From: Polyangiales bacterium
Lineage (GTDB): Bacteria > Myxococcota_A > Polyangia > Polyangiales > Polyangiaceae
Assembly: GCA_038230375.1 (NCBI GenBank)
Contig: JBBRNJ010000074.1
Location: forward strand, 1-45,475
Length of the DNA: 45,475 bases
Direction: 5' to 3'
Shown here: piece after piece, positions 9,427-19,158 of the stretch
How positions within the stretch are numbered: position 1 is the stretch's first letter
How the letters are laid out: each line of letters starts with the position of its first letter
Program-made: the position numbers and the translations under genes
The notes under the pieces: model-generated
Databases searched by the model: none
Told to the model about the DNA's origin: nothing
What the model saw: the letters and a program-made list of their open reading frames with translations, nothing else

Positions 9427-10455
9427 TCAGGGCTTCGGGTGGGCGTCGAGGAACGCGTAGAACGTCTCGGCCCATGTGGAAGCGAAGGTCGGGAAATGGC
9501 CCGCGCCACTCACGGTCCACAGCTCCGTTGCACCTTTGGTGCAGGCGTGGGTCTCCCGCTTGGTCTCGGCCCCGAACACCACGGTGTCCAGGTCGAGGGG
9601 CTTGCCCGTGTCGGTGAGCGCGGCGTCGCAGCCGTTCTTGGTCGCCCAGGTTGCGATCGTCTCGGCGGCACCGGGATAGGGGACGCCCTGGTTCAGTCCG
9701 CCGTTGTAGAGGATGAGCGTGTCCAGGTCCCCATGCACCTGCAGTACGGCGACCGGGGCAGACGGATTGCATTTCGCCGCATCCTTCCAGACCACGCCTG
9801 ACAGGGCCATGATGCCTGCGATCTCGTCTGCGTGATCGCACGCCATGCGATGCGACATGAAGCCGCCGTTCGAGTGGCCCGCGGCATAGACGCGCTTGCC
9901 ATCCACGTTGTACGCCGACTTCACGTCCGCGATGACGTCGTGCAGGTAGCCGACGTCGTCCGGCTGCTTCCCATCCAGATCACAGCACGCGTCGTCCGAG
10001 TTCCAGTACTGCAGACCGAAGTGGTCAGTGTTGCCCTCGGGCAGGACGAGCAGGAAGCCCTTCTTCTCCGCCAGCACGCTCATCCCAAAGTAGGTGTCGA
10101 TGCTGGAGGACGTCTCCGAGTACCCATGCAAGAGGAGCAGCATCGGCATGGGCTTCCCGGGCGAGTAGCTCCTGGGAACGACGATGCGATATGAACGCAT
10201 GTCCACGCTGCGGGTCAAGGTGCCGGCGTCGCTGCCGCCGAACCCACCAGCATCGCTGCCGGTGGTGGCATCGCCGCCGGCCGTGCTGCCGTCGAAGGCC
10301 GATGGGCCACCCTCGCTGGCCACCGCCGCTGCGTCCCCACCGTCGCCCAACGCGCTGGTGTCGGCGCCGCCACCGGAGGTCGCGCAGCCAGACGCAGCGA
10401 CGACCCCCATGAGCACGAGCAGGCCGAGCGATCGGGCGAAGCAAATACGCATCAT
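9427..10455 (-). CDS. PHB depolymerase/LpqC-family alpha/beta-hydrolase lipoprotein
   Basis: ASGC lipobox, LHGY oxyanion motif, GHSNGG nucleophile, VHGDLD, GAGH. Confidence 0.88.
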   Translation of the reverse strand: MMRICFARSLGLLVLMGVVAASGCATSGGGADTSALGDGGDAAAVASEGGPSAFDGSTAGGDATTGSDAGGFGGSDAGTLTRSVDMRSYRIVVPRSYSPGKPMPMLLLLHGYSETSSSIDTYFGMSVLAEKKGFLLVLPEGNTDHFGLQYWNSDDACCDLDGKQPDDVGYLHDVIADVKSAYNVDGKRVYAAGHSNGGFMSHRMACDHADEIAGIMALSGVVWKDAAKCNPSAPVAVLQVHGDLDTLILYNGGLNQGVPYPGAAETIATWATKNGCDAALTDTGKPLDLDTVVFGAETKRETHACTKGATELWTVSGAGHFPTFASTWAETFYAFLDAHPKP

Positions 10456-10470
10456 GGGATCATAGCGCCC

Positions 10471-10959
<489 letters not shown>

Positions 10960-11139
10960 ATCTGGTTCACAGGAGCAGTGCTCGGGGCGGCAGGGAAGCT
11001 GTTTTCGAAAAAGTGCGATTCGGTTGCATCATGCGTCGGCCCGCTCCGTCCGGCTCTATCTGCTAGTCTGGCCGTTGGTTTGTTGTCGACGTCTTGTTCG
11101 TGGTGGGTCGCGTTCGCGCAAGTTGGGGGAGAGCTCGAG

Positions 11140-12000
11140 ATGAAGAGAACGCTGTATGTGGGCATTGCCGTCGCTTCCTTCGCCATCCCGGCGCACGCCG
11201 CCGGCGGAGGTGGAGCCGCTCCAGTGCCGCCCGCGACCGGCGGAGCAGGTCATGCCGCCGCGCCTTCCGCCAACGTCACCACCGATTTTGTCATGACCCC
11301 GCCCTCCACGGGCTGCGGGCAGCCGAGCTCCGTCTCCATCGCCGCCACGATCACCAACAAGGGGATGGCGCCGTTCAGCGGCCAGATCTTCAGCAATCCC
11401 TCCGCGGGCCCTCCGACGATCTTCCAGGTCCCTGCGAATGGCCAGACGCAGCAGGGCGTCAAGGTCGGCTTCAACTGCGCGCACACGCCGTTGCTCCAGA
11501 ACTTCAAGGCAACGGTCGCGGACAGCACCGGCAATGTCATTGGCTCGAAGGGCTTCAAGGTCGGGAGCCTCACGTATTCGCAGCTGAGCGCGCGACCGCC
11601 TCCGGCCGGCTCGGTGAAGAACGTGATGTTCTTCAGTGCGTTCATCGTCGAAAAGGCCGCGTGTCGGCAGCCGTTGAGCGTCCAGTTCGAGGGCGTGAAC
11701 CTCTCCGACTCCGGGCTCACACCTTCGTTCTCGGCGACGGTCGAATACCCAGGCGCTCCAGACAAGAACACGACCATCTACGGCCAGCAGCGGGTGGAGA
11801 AGGGCAATTTCCAGGTGCGCTTCGACGGCGCGGCTCTCGACTGCACCTTCAGCATCCCCGTGATCAAGCCCAAGGCATCCCTCGGCAGCGCGATCACGAT
11901 GCCGGTCCAGGGTGTCGTCGTGGGGACGCCAGAGACTCACGCCGACTCGGTGGAGTGGGTGGACGAGTCCGCGCAGGACCCGTCGATGGGCCATCGCTAG
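11140..12000 (+). CDS. Secreted hypothetical protein, two Ig-like beta-sandwich repeats
   Basis: MKR...PAHA-A signal peptide; two beta-rich halves with paired Cys; GGAGAG upstream. Confidence 0.65.
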   Translation: MKRTLYVGIAVASFAIPAHAAGGGGAAPVPPATGGAGHAAAPSANVTTDFVMTPPSTGCGQPSSVSIAATITNKGMAPFSGQIFSNPSAGPPTIFQVPANGQTQQGVKVGFNCAHTPLLQNFKATVADSTGNVIGSKGFKVGSLTYSQLSARPPPAGSVKNVMFFSAFIVEKAACRQPLSVQFEGVNLSDSGLTPSFSATVEYPGAPDKNTTIYGQQRVEKGNFQVRFDGAALDCTFSIPVIKPKASLGSAITMPVQGVVVGTPETHADSVEWVDESAQDPSMGHR

Positions 12001-12030
12001 GTCCGTCATGGCAGTGCCCGTGGCAGGGAA

Positions 12031-14028
12031 GTGGAACTGATGAACGGTCTCCGTCGTAGCTCGCTCGTCGCCTGCGTCCTCTGCGCCTCGCTGGCCGCGC
12101 CCACGTCGGAGGCAGCACCCACGTCGTCCAGCGTGCTCGACGACGCGCTCACCAAGGCGGGCGCTTCTTCTGCGCACCGCACCGCCGCGCAGGCAGACTT
12201 CGCGAAGCTGCCCGCGGGCGCGCAGACCGCCATCCTTGGCACGTTGAGCCCGGGCTACGCGCAGATGGTGGGGCGGGTGACGGCGTCTCCGCTCGGGGGC
12301 CTTCGCGCCGACCGTCTGGTGCCGCGCGTCGTGGCTCCGACCATCGACGGCATGGATCCGGTGAAAGGCGGCGGCGGCGAATGGGTCCTTCTCTCGGGCG
12401 ACGGATTCAGCGAGCTCTCCACCGTCACGTTCGACGGCGCCACCATCCCGGTCAGCTACTTCGAGGGGCTCCTCGCGTTCCAGACGCCTTCCGGTGAGGT
12501 CGCAGGCAAGGACTACGACGTGGTCGTACACGCCAAGGCCTTCGCTTCCGCGGCGAAGAAATGGAAGGTCGTGGCTCCGCCCGGCTACCGCGGCGTCTAC
12601 GGCTGGAAGTTCCGCAACTTCAGCGCGCCCGCTGTCTCGTGGCAGGTGTACCGCGACTACTTCGGCCCGAGGGCGGTGGAGCACAACAGCGGCGCGCACA
12701 GGCCCTCTGCGCAGCTCTATTACGATGCGCTCTACAAGCTGGTCAGCGTCAGCGGCGACTGCCTGGGCATGAGCCTGCGCAGCATTCGCACACGAAGACA
12801 GATCTGGCAGGGCATCTACGCGTCGTGGTGGCAGGCCAACACGAAGGCGTCAGTCTGGGACTACGATTTTCTGGATCCGCAGATCGCCGACAGCATCCGT
12901 GAGGATCACGGAAGCCAGCTCTCGTTGCAGCACATACGGACCATCGCCGACCGCTTCACCAACGGCACGCCGATCGACGCCTACAATTTCACGCGCGACG
13001 CGCTGGCGTCCGGCGATCTCGATCGCACGCCCGTGCTCGCCATCTACGCGCTCGACGCGAACGGCGTCGTGACGGGCGGACACGCGGTCATCCCCTGGAA
13101 GATAGAGGTCGCCGGCGCGGTGAAGACACTGCGTCTCTACGACAACAACAAGCCCTACGCAGAGAACGAACAGAGCGACGGAAATAGCGCTGCCGTGATC
13201 GACACGTCGGCCAACACGTTCACGTACCTTGGCTACACCAAGGTCTACGCGGCGTCTTACAACGAGCTCGTCTACGACAAGCCGAAGCTCCCGTCGGACG
13301 CGACCATCAACAACGCGCTCGGGAGCGTCTCCGACGACACGACGGTCGTCATCAGCGAGACGCGCGGCGCGCTTCGTCAGGTGAAGGACGCCACGGGCCG
13401 CACGTTCTTCAGCGGCGGCAAGCCGAACACCAATCCTGCGACGCGGATCCCCGGGGCCATGCGCTACGTGCCGGTCACGGGCAGCGCGGCCGACCTCTCT
13501 TTCCAGGATGTGTGCGTCTTCAACCAGAGCCGCGGGGCGTCGCTCTCCTTCGACGTCGATCACACCGCACCGGTCAGGGTGCACGTCATCTCGAAGGGGC
13601 GGCTTCTGAGCATGACGCTGAAGACGGGCACCTTTCAGGTCGACAAGCTCATGGAGGAGGAGGGCATCTACATGATTGACCCTTCGCACATGGGGCTCGT
13701 GGACGTGCAGATGCTCGCCGTGCAGCCCGACGGAAGCGAGCGCCAGTTCAAGATCAGCGCGACGCAGCTCGGGAGCGGGAACCTCGGGTTGCGTCTTGCT
13801 GCGGCGGATGCCGGGATCGACGTGCAGAGCGGGCTCTCATCTCCGGTGTCGCTCTCGGTCACGACCAAGGGCTACGCTGACTCTGGCACCCAGCAGCGAA
13901 CCGACGTGGTCTCGGTGATCGCGCAGAACCAGCACACGCTCGCCCACGCAGATTTTCAGAACCTGACCCTTGCGCCTCGGGTGACGGTCACCAAGCTGAC
14001 GAGCCCGCCGCCGCGCCTTGTTCCCTGA
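12031..14028 (+). CDS. Secreted protein with an IPT/TIG-like domain and a putative papain/transglutaminase-fold Cys-His-Asp domain
   Basis: Signal peptide; PTIDGMDP..G..V.L.GDGF..VTFDG (IPT); GDCLGMS, GGHAVIP, LYDNN; start may be 12040. Confidence 0.65.
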   Translation: MELMNGLRRSSLVACVLCASLAAPTSEAAPTSSSVLDDALTKAGASSAHRTAAQADFAKLPAGAQTAILGTLSPGYAQMVGRVTASPLGGLRADRLVPRVVAPTIDGMDPVKGGGGEWVLLSGDGFSELSTVTFDGATIPVSYFEGLLAFQTPSGEVAGKDYDVVVHAKAFASAAKKWKVVAPPGYRGVYGWKFRNFSAPAVSWQVYRDYFGPRAVEHNSGAHRPSAQLYYDALYKLVSVSGDCLGMSLRSIRTRRQIWQGIYASWWQANTKASVWDYDFLDPQIADSIREDHGSQLSLQHIRTIADRFTNGTPIDAYNFTRDALASGDLDRTPVLAIYALDANGVVTGGHAVIPWKIEVAGAVKTLRLYDNNKPYAENEQSDGNSAAVIDTSANTFTYLGYTKVYAASYNELVYDKPKLPSDATINNALGSVSDDTTVVISETRGALRQVKDATGRTFFSGGKPNTNPATRIPGAMRYVPVTGSAADLSFQDVCVFNQSRGASLSFDVDHTAPVRVHVISKGRLLSMTLKTGTFQVDKLMEEEGIYMIDPSHMGLVDVQMLAVQPDGSERQFKISATQLGSGNLGLRLAAADAGIDVQSGLSSPVSLSVTTKGYADSGTQQRTDVVSVIAQNQHTLAHADFQNLTLAPRVTVTKLTSPPPRLVP

Positions 14029-14044
14029 GGGCGGGTCCGTGCCG

Positions 14045-14407
14045 TCACTGGAGCGTGCACTTCACCTTCGGCGTGAACTCACGCGCGGGTGAGCCGAGCC
14101 ACGTGACGGTCTCCACTTCGGTGCTCTTCGCGACCTTCACGATGACGGCGTCCGGGTTCACGTCGGTCGCGACGGAGCAGGATGCGTCCTTCAGGCATCC
14201 GTTCTGGACGTGCACGATGTGGTCGTAGCCATACGCACGCATGCGCGCCTCCGGCCAGACGAGAATGCATGTGGGGTCGGGCGCGCCAGCGTCTGCCTTC
14301 GCAGTGTTCGCGGTCTGCACTGGCCCCGTCTCCACGGCCCCACCCGCGCGCGTGACGAGCAAGAGCGCGAGAGGTGCGGCGGCAACAAGGAGGATGCGTA
14401 CGTTCAT
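14045..14407 (-). CDS. Small secreted Cys-containing hypothetical protein
   Basis: N-terminal hydrophobic signal, four Cys, GC3-rich codons. Confidence 0.7.
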   Translation of the reverse strand: MNVRILLVAAAPLALLLVTRAGGAVETGPVQTANTAKADAGAPDPTCILVWPEARMRAYGYDHIVHVQNGCLKDASCSVATDVNPDAVIVKVAKSTEVETVTWLGSPAREFTPKVKCTLQ

Positions 14408-14465
14408 CTGGTGATCAACATAACCATAGTCCAGAGCTCGGCGAGACGCGATTTCAGGCTCGATT

Positions 14466-15947
14466 TCAGGTGTGAGCCACGATCTTCGGGCGGCGGTCGC
14501 GCCAGGGCTTCGCGGCCTCGAGCTGGGCGGACACGCGCAGGATCGTCGCCTCGTCGCCGTAGCGACCCACGAGCTGCACGCCGATCGGCAGGCCGTCCGC
14601 CGACTGGTGGAGCGGCAGCGAGATCGCCGGCTGGCCGGTCTGGTTGAAGAGCTGCGTGTTGGGCGTGCGCTCGAAGTTGTCTGCGGCGAGCTTCGCGAGC
14701 ACGGCGCGAATGGCCGGGCGCATGGGCAGCGCGCGCAGCACCGACAGGCCTGCGAGCTCTGCGGGCTTGGGCTTCAGCTGTCCGATCCTGATCGGCGGAT
14801 GGGCGAGCGTCGGGAGAAGCAGCAGATCATGCTTCTCGAAGAACGCGCCGAGCTGCCGTCCGGCTTCCTGGATGTGGTCGCGGCCCTGCTGCATCTCGAT
14901 TCCGGTCATCGTGTGTCCGACCTGCCGCAGGAACCACGTGGAGGCCTCGAACGCGGACGGCGAGGGTGTCCTGCCGGTCATGCGCGCGAAGTCTTCGATC
15001 TCGGAGGCGACGCCGACCGCGACCTGGGTGAGGTACGCAATCACGAGCTTGTCGCGATCGAACGCGGGCATCGCCTCTTCCACGTGGTGCCCCAGGGTCT
15101 CGAGGAGCTTCGCCGTCTCCTCCACGGCCTTCACGCACTCCGGGTCCGTGTCCTTGCCGAACAGCGAGCGCGTCGTCATGGCGATGCGCAGCTTGCCCGG
15201 CGCGGCGCCCACCTCTTCGATGAAGGGACGCGCAGGCGCCGGCGCTGCATACGGATCGCCCGGCATCGGCCCGGCAAGGATGTCCAGGAAAGCCGCCGCA
15301 TCACGCACGGAGCGCACGAGCACGCCCGTCTGCACGTAGCCGCCCCAGCCCTCACCGTGATCGGGCGCGAGCGAGATGCGACCGCGGCTCGCCTTGAGTC
15401 CCACGATGCCGCATGCGCTCGCAGGGATGCGCAGCGAGCCGCCGCCATCGCCGCCGTGGCCCACCGAGACCGCGCCCGAGGCGACGAGCGCTGCGCTGCC
15501 GCCAGAGGAGCCGCCGACGGAGTGGTCGGTGTTCCACGGATTGCGCGTGGGGCCGCGCCACTCGGGCTCTGTGGTGCCCAGGATGGCGAGCTCCGGGCAG
15601 TTGGTCTTTGCGAGGAAGACGAGACCGGCGCGGCGCAGTCGGGCGATGTTCTCGCTGTCGTGATCGGGAATGTACCCTTCCAGGAACTTGCAGGACGCCG
15701 TCCAGGGCACGCCCTTCACGAAGCCGTCGAAGTCCTTCACCACTGCGGGCACGCCCGAGAACGGACCGGGCAGGGGAGCCTTCGCGGTCTCGCGCGCCGA
15801 ATCGTACATCTCATGCACCACGGCATTCAGCTTCGGGTTGACCGCAAGGACTGCCTTGATGGCGGCCTCCGTGAGCTCCGATGAGCTGACCTCACGGTCG
15901 CGAACACGGCGAGCAAGCTCCGTGGCATCTGCATCGAGATCGATCAT
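14466..15947 (-). CDS. Amidase signature family enzyme
   Basis: [26 protein letters not shown] (Ser-cisSer-Lys triad), GLPIGVQL. Confidence 0.95.
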   Translation of the reverse strand: MIDLDADATELARRVRDREVSSSELTEAAIKAVLAVNPKLNAVVHEMYDSARETAKAPLPGPFSGVPAVVKDFDGFVKGVPWTASCKFLEGYIPDHDSENIARLRRAGLVFLAKTNCPELAILGTTEPEWRGPTRNPWNTDHSVGGSSGGSAALVASGAVSVGHGGDGGGSLRIPASACGIVGLKASRGRISLAPDHGEGWGGYVQTGVLVRSVRDAAAFLDILAGPMPGDPYAAPAPARPFIEEVGAAPGKLRIAMTTRSLFGKDTDPECVKAVEETAKLLETLGHHVEEAMPAFDRDKLVIAYLTQVAVGVASEIEDFARMTGRTPSPSAFEASTWFLRQVGHTMTGIEMQQGRDHIQEAGRQLGAFFEKHDLLLLPTLAHPPIRIGQLKPKPAELAGLSVLRALPMRPAIRAVLAKLAADNFERTPNTQLFNQTGQPAISLPLHQSADGLPIGVQLVGRYGDEATILRVSAQLEAAKPWRDRRPKIVAHT

Positions 15948-16082
15948 GGTCCCGGATTGCCACGGTCAGGCGCCTTTCGCAAGAGTGTCGCGTCGCCTGC
16001 CTGCGTGGCTTCTCCGACGCACGCGCGCTCCACCCTGCGTTCGTACGGTGGACGCGCAAGACACCCGCCGCATCCGGCAGGG

Positions 16083-16658
16083 CTAGAGCGCCATCACGCT
16101 GAGGCGCGCACCTAGATGCACCCACCCATGAACGACGCGCCCGGATACATCCGTGGAGCTGCGAAACCCGTCAGTGGTGAGACCCTCGTGCGTGAAGACA
16201 CCGAGCGACCCAGAGGCGAAGGGCCCCAGCGTCCAGCGCGAGCCGAGCTGGAAGGGAAGGCCCAGCTCCACCGACGCGAGCGTGGGCCCGCGATAGCTGC
16301 GGCTCGCGCTAGCTCCGTTGTCCACGAGCTTCGTGGTCAGCCATTCGTATCCGATCCCAAGCTCCAGGCGAGGCGTCGTGCGCCAGACCCGCGGAAGGAA
16401 CAGGCGTCCGCGCGCGGCGAGCTGCGTGTCGCTCCCCAGGCTGGAGGTGCAGCTGTTCGTGCTCTCACAGAGCGTGGGGATGGTGGGCGCGTAGCTTCCT
16501 GCCAGCACGATCGCGAACCGCGCCGTGAGCACGTAGGACAGGTCGAGGCCGATCGGAGTCGCACCGAACGTGGTGTCGCTCACGGTTGCGCCCTGCGCGG
16601 CCATGCCGAGCGGCTCCGCGATGGCGACGGTGGCGCCCAGCTCCAAGGTATGATCCAT
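16083..16658 (-). CDS. Small outer-membrane beta-barrel-like protein
   Basis: Alternating amphipathic strands (LELGIGYEW, WTLGPF, VHGWVHLGARL); ATG 2 nt after the upstream stop; no clear signal peptide. Confidence 0.55.
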   Translation of the reverse strand: MDHTLELGATVAIAEPLGMAAQGATVSDTTFGATPIGLDLSYVLTARFAIVLAGSYAPTIPTLCESTNSCTSSLGSDTQLAARGRLFLPRVWRTTPRLELGIGYEWLTTKLVDNGASASRSYRGPTLASVELGLPFQLGSRWTLGPFASGSLGVFTHEGLTTDGFRSSTDVSGRVVHGWVHLGARLSVMAL

Positions 16659-16660
16659 CG

Positions 16661-17683
16661 CTAGAAGCTCACCGGATACGGGTCGTCGATGCGCCAGAGC
16701 TGACCGCCGTCGGGATCGCAGACCCAGGCGTGCCCGCGGTCGTCGGCGACGGCGCAGTGCGAGCCGTTCTCCGCGTCGAAGCGGCCCAGGAGCCCGAGCT
16801 GGCCTGTCGCGCTCACGCCCAGGACGACCAGGCACCTGCATGCGGTACCTGCAAGATACACGTGACCGAGCGACGGGTTGTAGCCGATGACGTCGTAGCC
16901 GGCGCCGCGCGCGATCGACGAGAGCACGTGGCCATCGTGTGCCGCATCCAGGACGGAGAGCGTGCCTTCGGAGCAACCTGCAAAGAAGAAGCCGCGCGCC
17001 TCGTCGACGGCCAGGCCGCGAGAGGCCGCGCATCCGTTCGGCCATTCAGAGACCAGCGCGCGCGTCCTCACGTCGAAGACCAGCGTGGTGGACTGCCACC
17101 TGTGCGTGTACGCGCGGCCCGCACGCTGATCGATCACCAGAGACTCAGGGCCGTTGTCGACCGGGATCACGGCGCCGAACCTGGGGGTCGCGGCGGCGTC
17201 GTTGCCGAGCGAGATGATCTCGAGCTGCGAGCCCGACGGCTCCGAGATCCACACCTCGTTGGTGGCCGCGACGTAGCGCACGTAGTCGGGGCTCGCGGAG
17301 AGCGAGAGAGAAGAGAGGATCGTCCGCGCCTTCGGGTCGATCACGTGGAGCTCCTGCGTCGTGCGGTCCGTCACGAAGAGGAGACCGCGCCCCTCATCCA
17401 CGCTGGTTGCGCCGACGTCGTGAGAGCCGTCGTAGGACTCGGACGTCGTGAGCCCCGAGACTGTCGTCACGGCGCGCGTGTCCGCGTCGATCATCGCAAG
17501 GACACCTGCGCGGCCGCCCGGCGCGAGCACCGCGTGGAGGGTCGGGGAGTAGCGGAGGTCATCGAACCCGATCCCCGTGCTCCCGCCAGGGATTGGTGCC
17601 GCCGCGCCCGCCTCGGTCCCAGTGCACGCCGCGAAAACGGCGAGCAGCATGAGCATCGGGAGCGAGCGGGCGAGTGGGGTCAT
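16661..17683 (-). CDS. YncE/YVTN-like beta-propeller lipoprotein
   Basis: FAAC lipobox; GIGFDDL, PDYVRY, GPESL, WPNGC blade repeats. Confidence 0.8.
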   Translation of the reverse strand: MTPLARSLPMLMLLAVFAACTGTEAGAAAPIPGGSTGIGFDDLRYSPTLHAVLAPGGRAGVLAMIDADTRAVTTVSGLTTSESYDGSHDVGATSVDEGRGLLFVTDRTTQELHVIDPKARTILSSLSLSASPDYVRYVAATNEVWISEPSGSQLEIISLGNDAAATPRFGAVIPVDNGPESLVIDQRAGRAYTHRWQSTTLVFDVRTRALVSEWPNGCAASRGLAVDEARGFFFAGCSEGTLSVLDAAHDGHVLSSIARGAGYDVIGYNPSLGHVYLAGTACRCLVVLGVSATGQLGLLGRFDAENGSHCAVADDRGHAWVCDPDGGQLWRIDDPYPVSF

Positions 17684-17714
17684 GATCGTTGGTGCGTACT
17701 ACTCTCGAGTTCGT

Positions 17715-18860
17715 TCAGCTCACGAAGAAGTAGTGCGACTTGTGGTCGGTACCGTACACCCAGACGCCGTAGCCGGAGCGCGTGTCGCGGATGGTGGGGA
17801 TGGCCCAGTACACGAAGCCGCCCTTCGAGGCCTTCTGCGCGACGTCGACCGCCTGACGCAGCGTGAGGCTCGCCGTCTGAACGAGCGTGAGGTCACGGGC
17901 AGACTTCGTGAGGTGCTCCACGTCGGGCACTGCGAAGGTCGCGAAGTCAGGCGCAAACGTCGCTGCGGTGGGATCGCCGGAGAGCTCGCCGAACGCGTTG
18001 CGTTCCGCATCGAGCGTGATGTCTTTCACCGGGTAGATGCTGAGGCTCAAGTGGCCGCTGTCGTCCGGCTCGAACTTCGCCTCGATCGCGGGGCCGTTCT
18101 TCGCCTCGAGCGACGCGAGTGCTTGCGCCATGGAGACCTTGGAGGTCGCGAGGACTGACAGATCGGTGAGCTCGGGGGCGCGTGCGTCTGTCGCCTTCGC
18201 GCCGGGCCCACCGGGGATCTCCACAAGGCGACCGGAGGTGCGAGCGTAGCTGCCGCCACCGTCGATGAAGCGGTAGTGCGAGTGGCCGTTGTCCTCCGAG
18301 TAGACGCCGATGCCAGCGCGACCCTTGCGGACCGTCGGGATGGCCCAGAAGACGTTGCCGCTGCAGGAGGCCTCGTCGATCGCGTCTGCGATGGTCGTGG
18401 TGCCGAGCTGAAGGAGCGTGAGATCGCGGGCGGAGCGCGTGAGGTGCTCCTGGTCCGCGAAGACCTCGAGCGATCCCTGGAAGGTCTTCGCCGTGGGGTC
18501 CCCGGACAGCTCCTGAAACTGGTTGCGCTCTGCATCCATGTTCATCGGCTTGCCCGCCGGGTAAAGGCTCAGGCTCAACTTGCCGTCGTCACCGAGCTCG
18601 AACTTCGCCTCGATCACGGGGCCGTTCTTCGACTCCGCAAGGGCGACGCCGTCTGCGAGCGAGATCTTCGACTGCTCGACGATCGAGACGTTGTTGCCGA
18701 GCTCCGGCACGCGCTTGTCAGTGGCCGCGCTGCCGGGGCCGCGCAGATCTTCCGACGTCGTTGACGCCGCGTTGCCGTCCGGCGTGGCGCTGCATCCTCC
18801 AGTGAAGGCTGCAAGGGCGAGGATGGTGGCGGACACGGAGACGAGCTTGAGCGAGCGCAT
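17715..18860 (-). CDS. Lipoprotein made of two ~165-aa repeats, each PepSY-like
   Basis: TGGC lipobox; SK(I/V)S, GP(V/A)IEAKFE, LSLS(L/I)YP, DAERN, ELSGDP, EHLT(R/K)SARDLTL and WAIPT each occur twice. Confidence 0.75.
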   Translation of the reverse strand: MRSLKLVSVSATILALAAFTGGCSATPDGNAASTTSEDLRGPGSAATDKRVPELGNNVSIVEQSKISLADGVALAESKNGPVIEAKFELGDDGKLSLSLYPAGKPMNMDAERNQFQELSGDPTAKTFQGSLEVFADQEHLTRSARDLTLLQLGTTTIADAIDEASCSGNVFWAIPTVRKGRAGIGVYSEDNGHSHYRFIDGGGSYARTSGRLVEIPGGPGAKATDARAPELTDLSVLATSKVSMAQALASLEAKNGPAIEAKFEPDDSGHLSLSIYPVKDITLDAERNAFGELSGDPTAATFAPDFATFAVPDVEHLTKSARDLTLVQTASLTLRQAVDVAQKASKGGFVYWAIPTIRDTRSGYGVWVYGTDHKSHYFFVS

Positions 18861-18915
18861 GAGAGTGACTCCTGAGAAGGTTTGCGCCGGTGAGTCGGCG
18901 TGTGCTCCGGCCTTG

Positions 18916-18931
18916 AGCAACCCACGTGCCG
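18916..18931 (-). promoter_or_regulatory. sigma54 promoter of the 18860-16083 operon
   Basis: Minus strand CGGCACGTGGGTTGCT, near consensus. Confidence 0.8.
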
Positions 18932-18973
18932 TCGCAGCTTTCGGCACAAACACGCTGATCCGGGCCGCGCTTC

Positions 18974-19083
18974 GCTCCCTGCGGGTAACAGAGCTCTGCG
19001 CGGTACCTCGAATCGACACCTGGAGGTAACGACGTGCTCGGGCGCGGGCGCAATCGACCAATGGGTAGTTACCCCGAGGTGAC
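18974..19083. promoter_or_regulatory. Three GTYACC-N4-GGTRAC-like enhancer sites
   Basis: GCTCCC-TGCG-GGTAAC (18974), GACACC-TGGA-GGTAAC (19015), GTTACC-CCGA-GGTGAC (19068). Confidence 0.65.
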
Positions 19084-19158
19084 ACGACACCCTCGAATCG
19101 CTGGTCGGAAGCGTGGTACCGAGCTTGCTCGTGCGCGTTTGACGCCCGCTCCGCTCCC

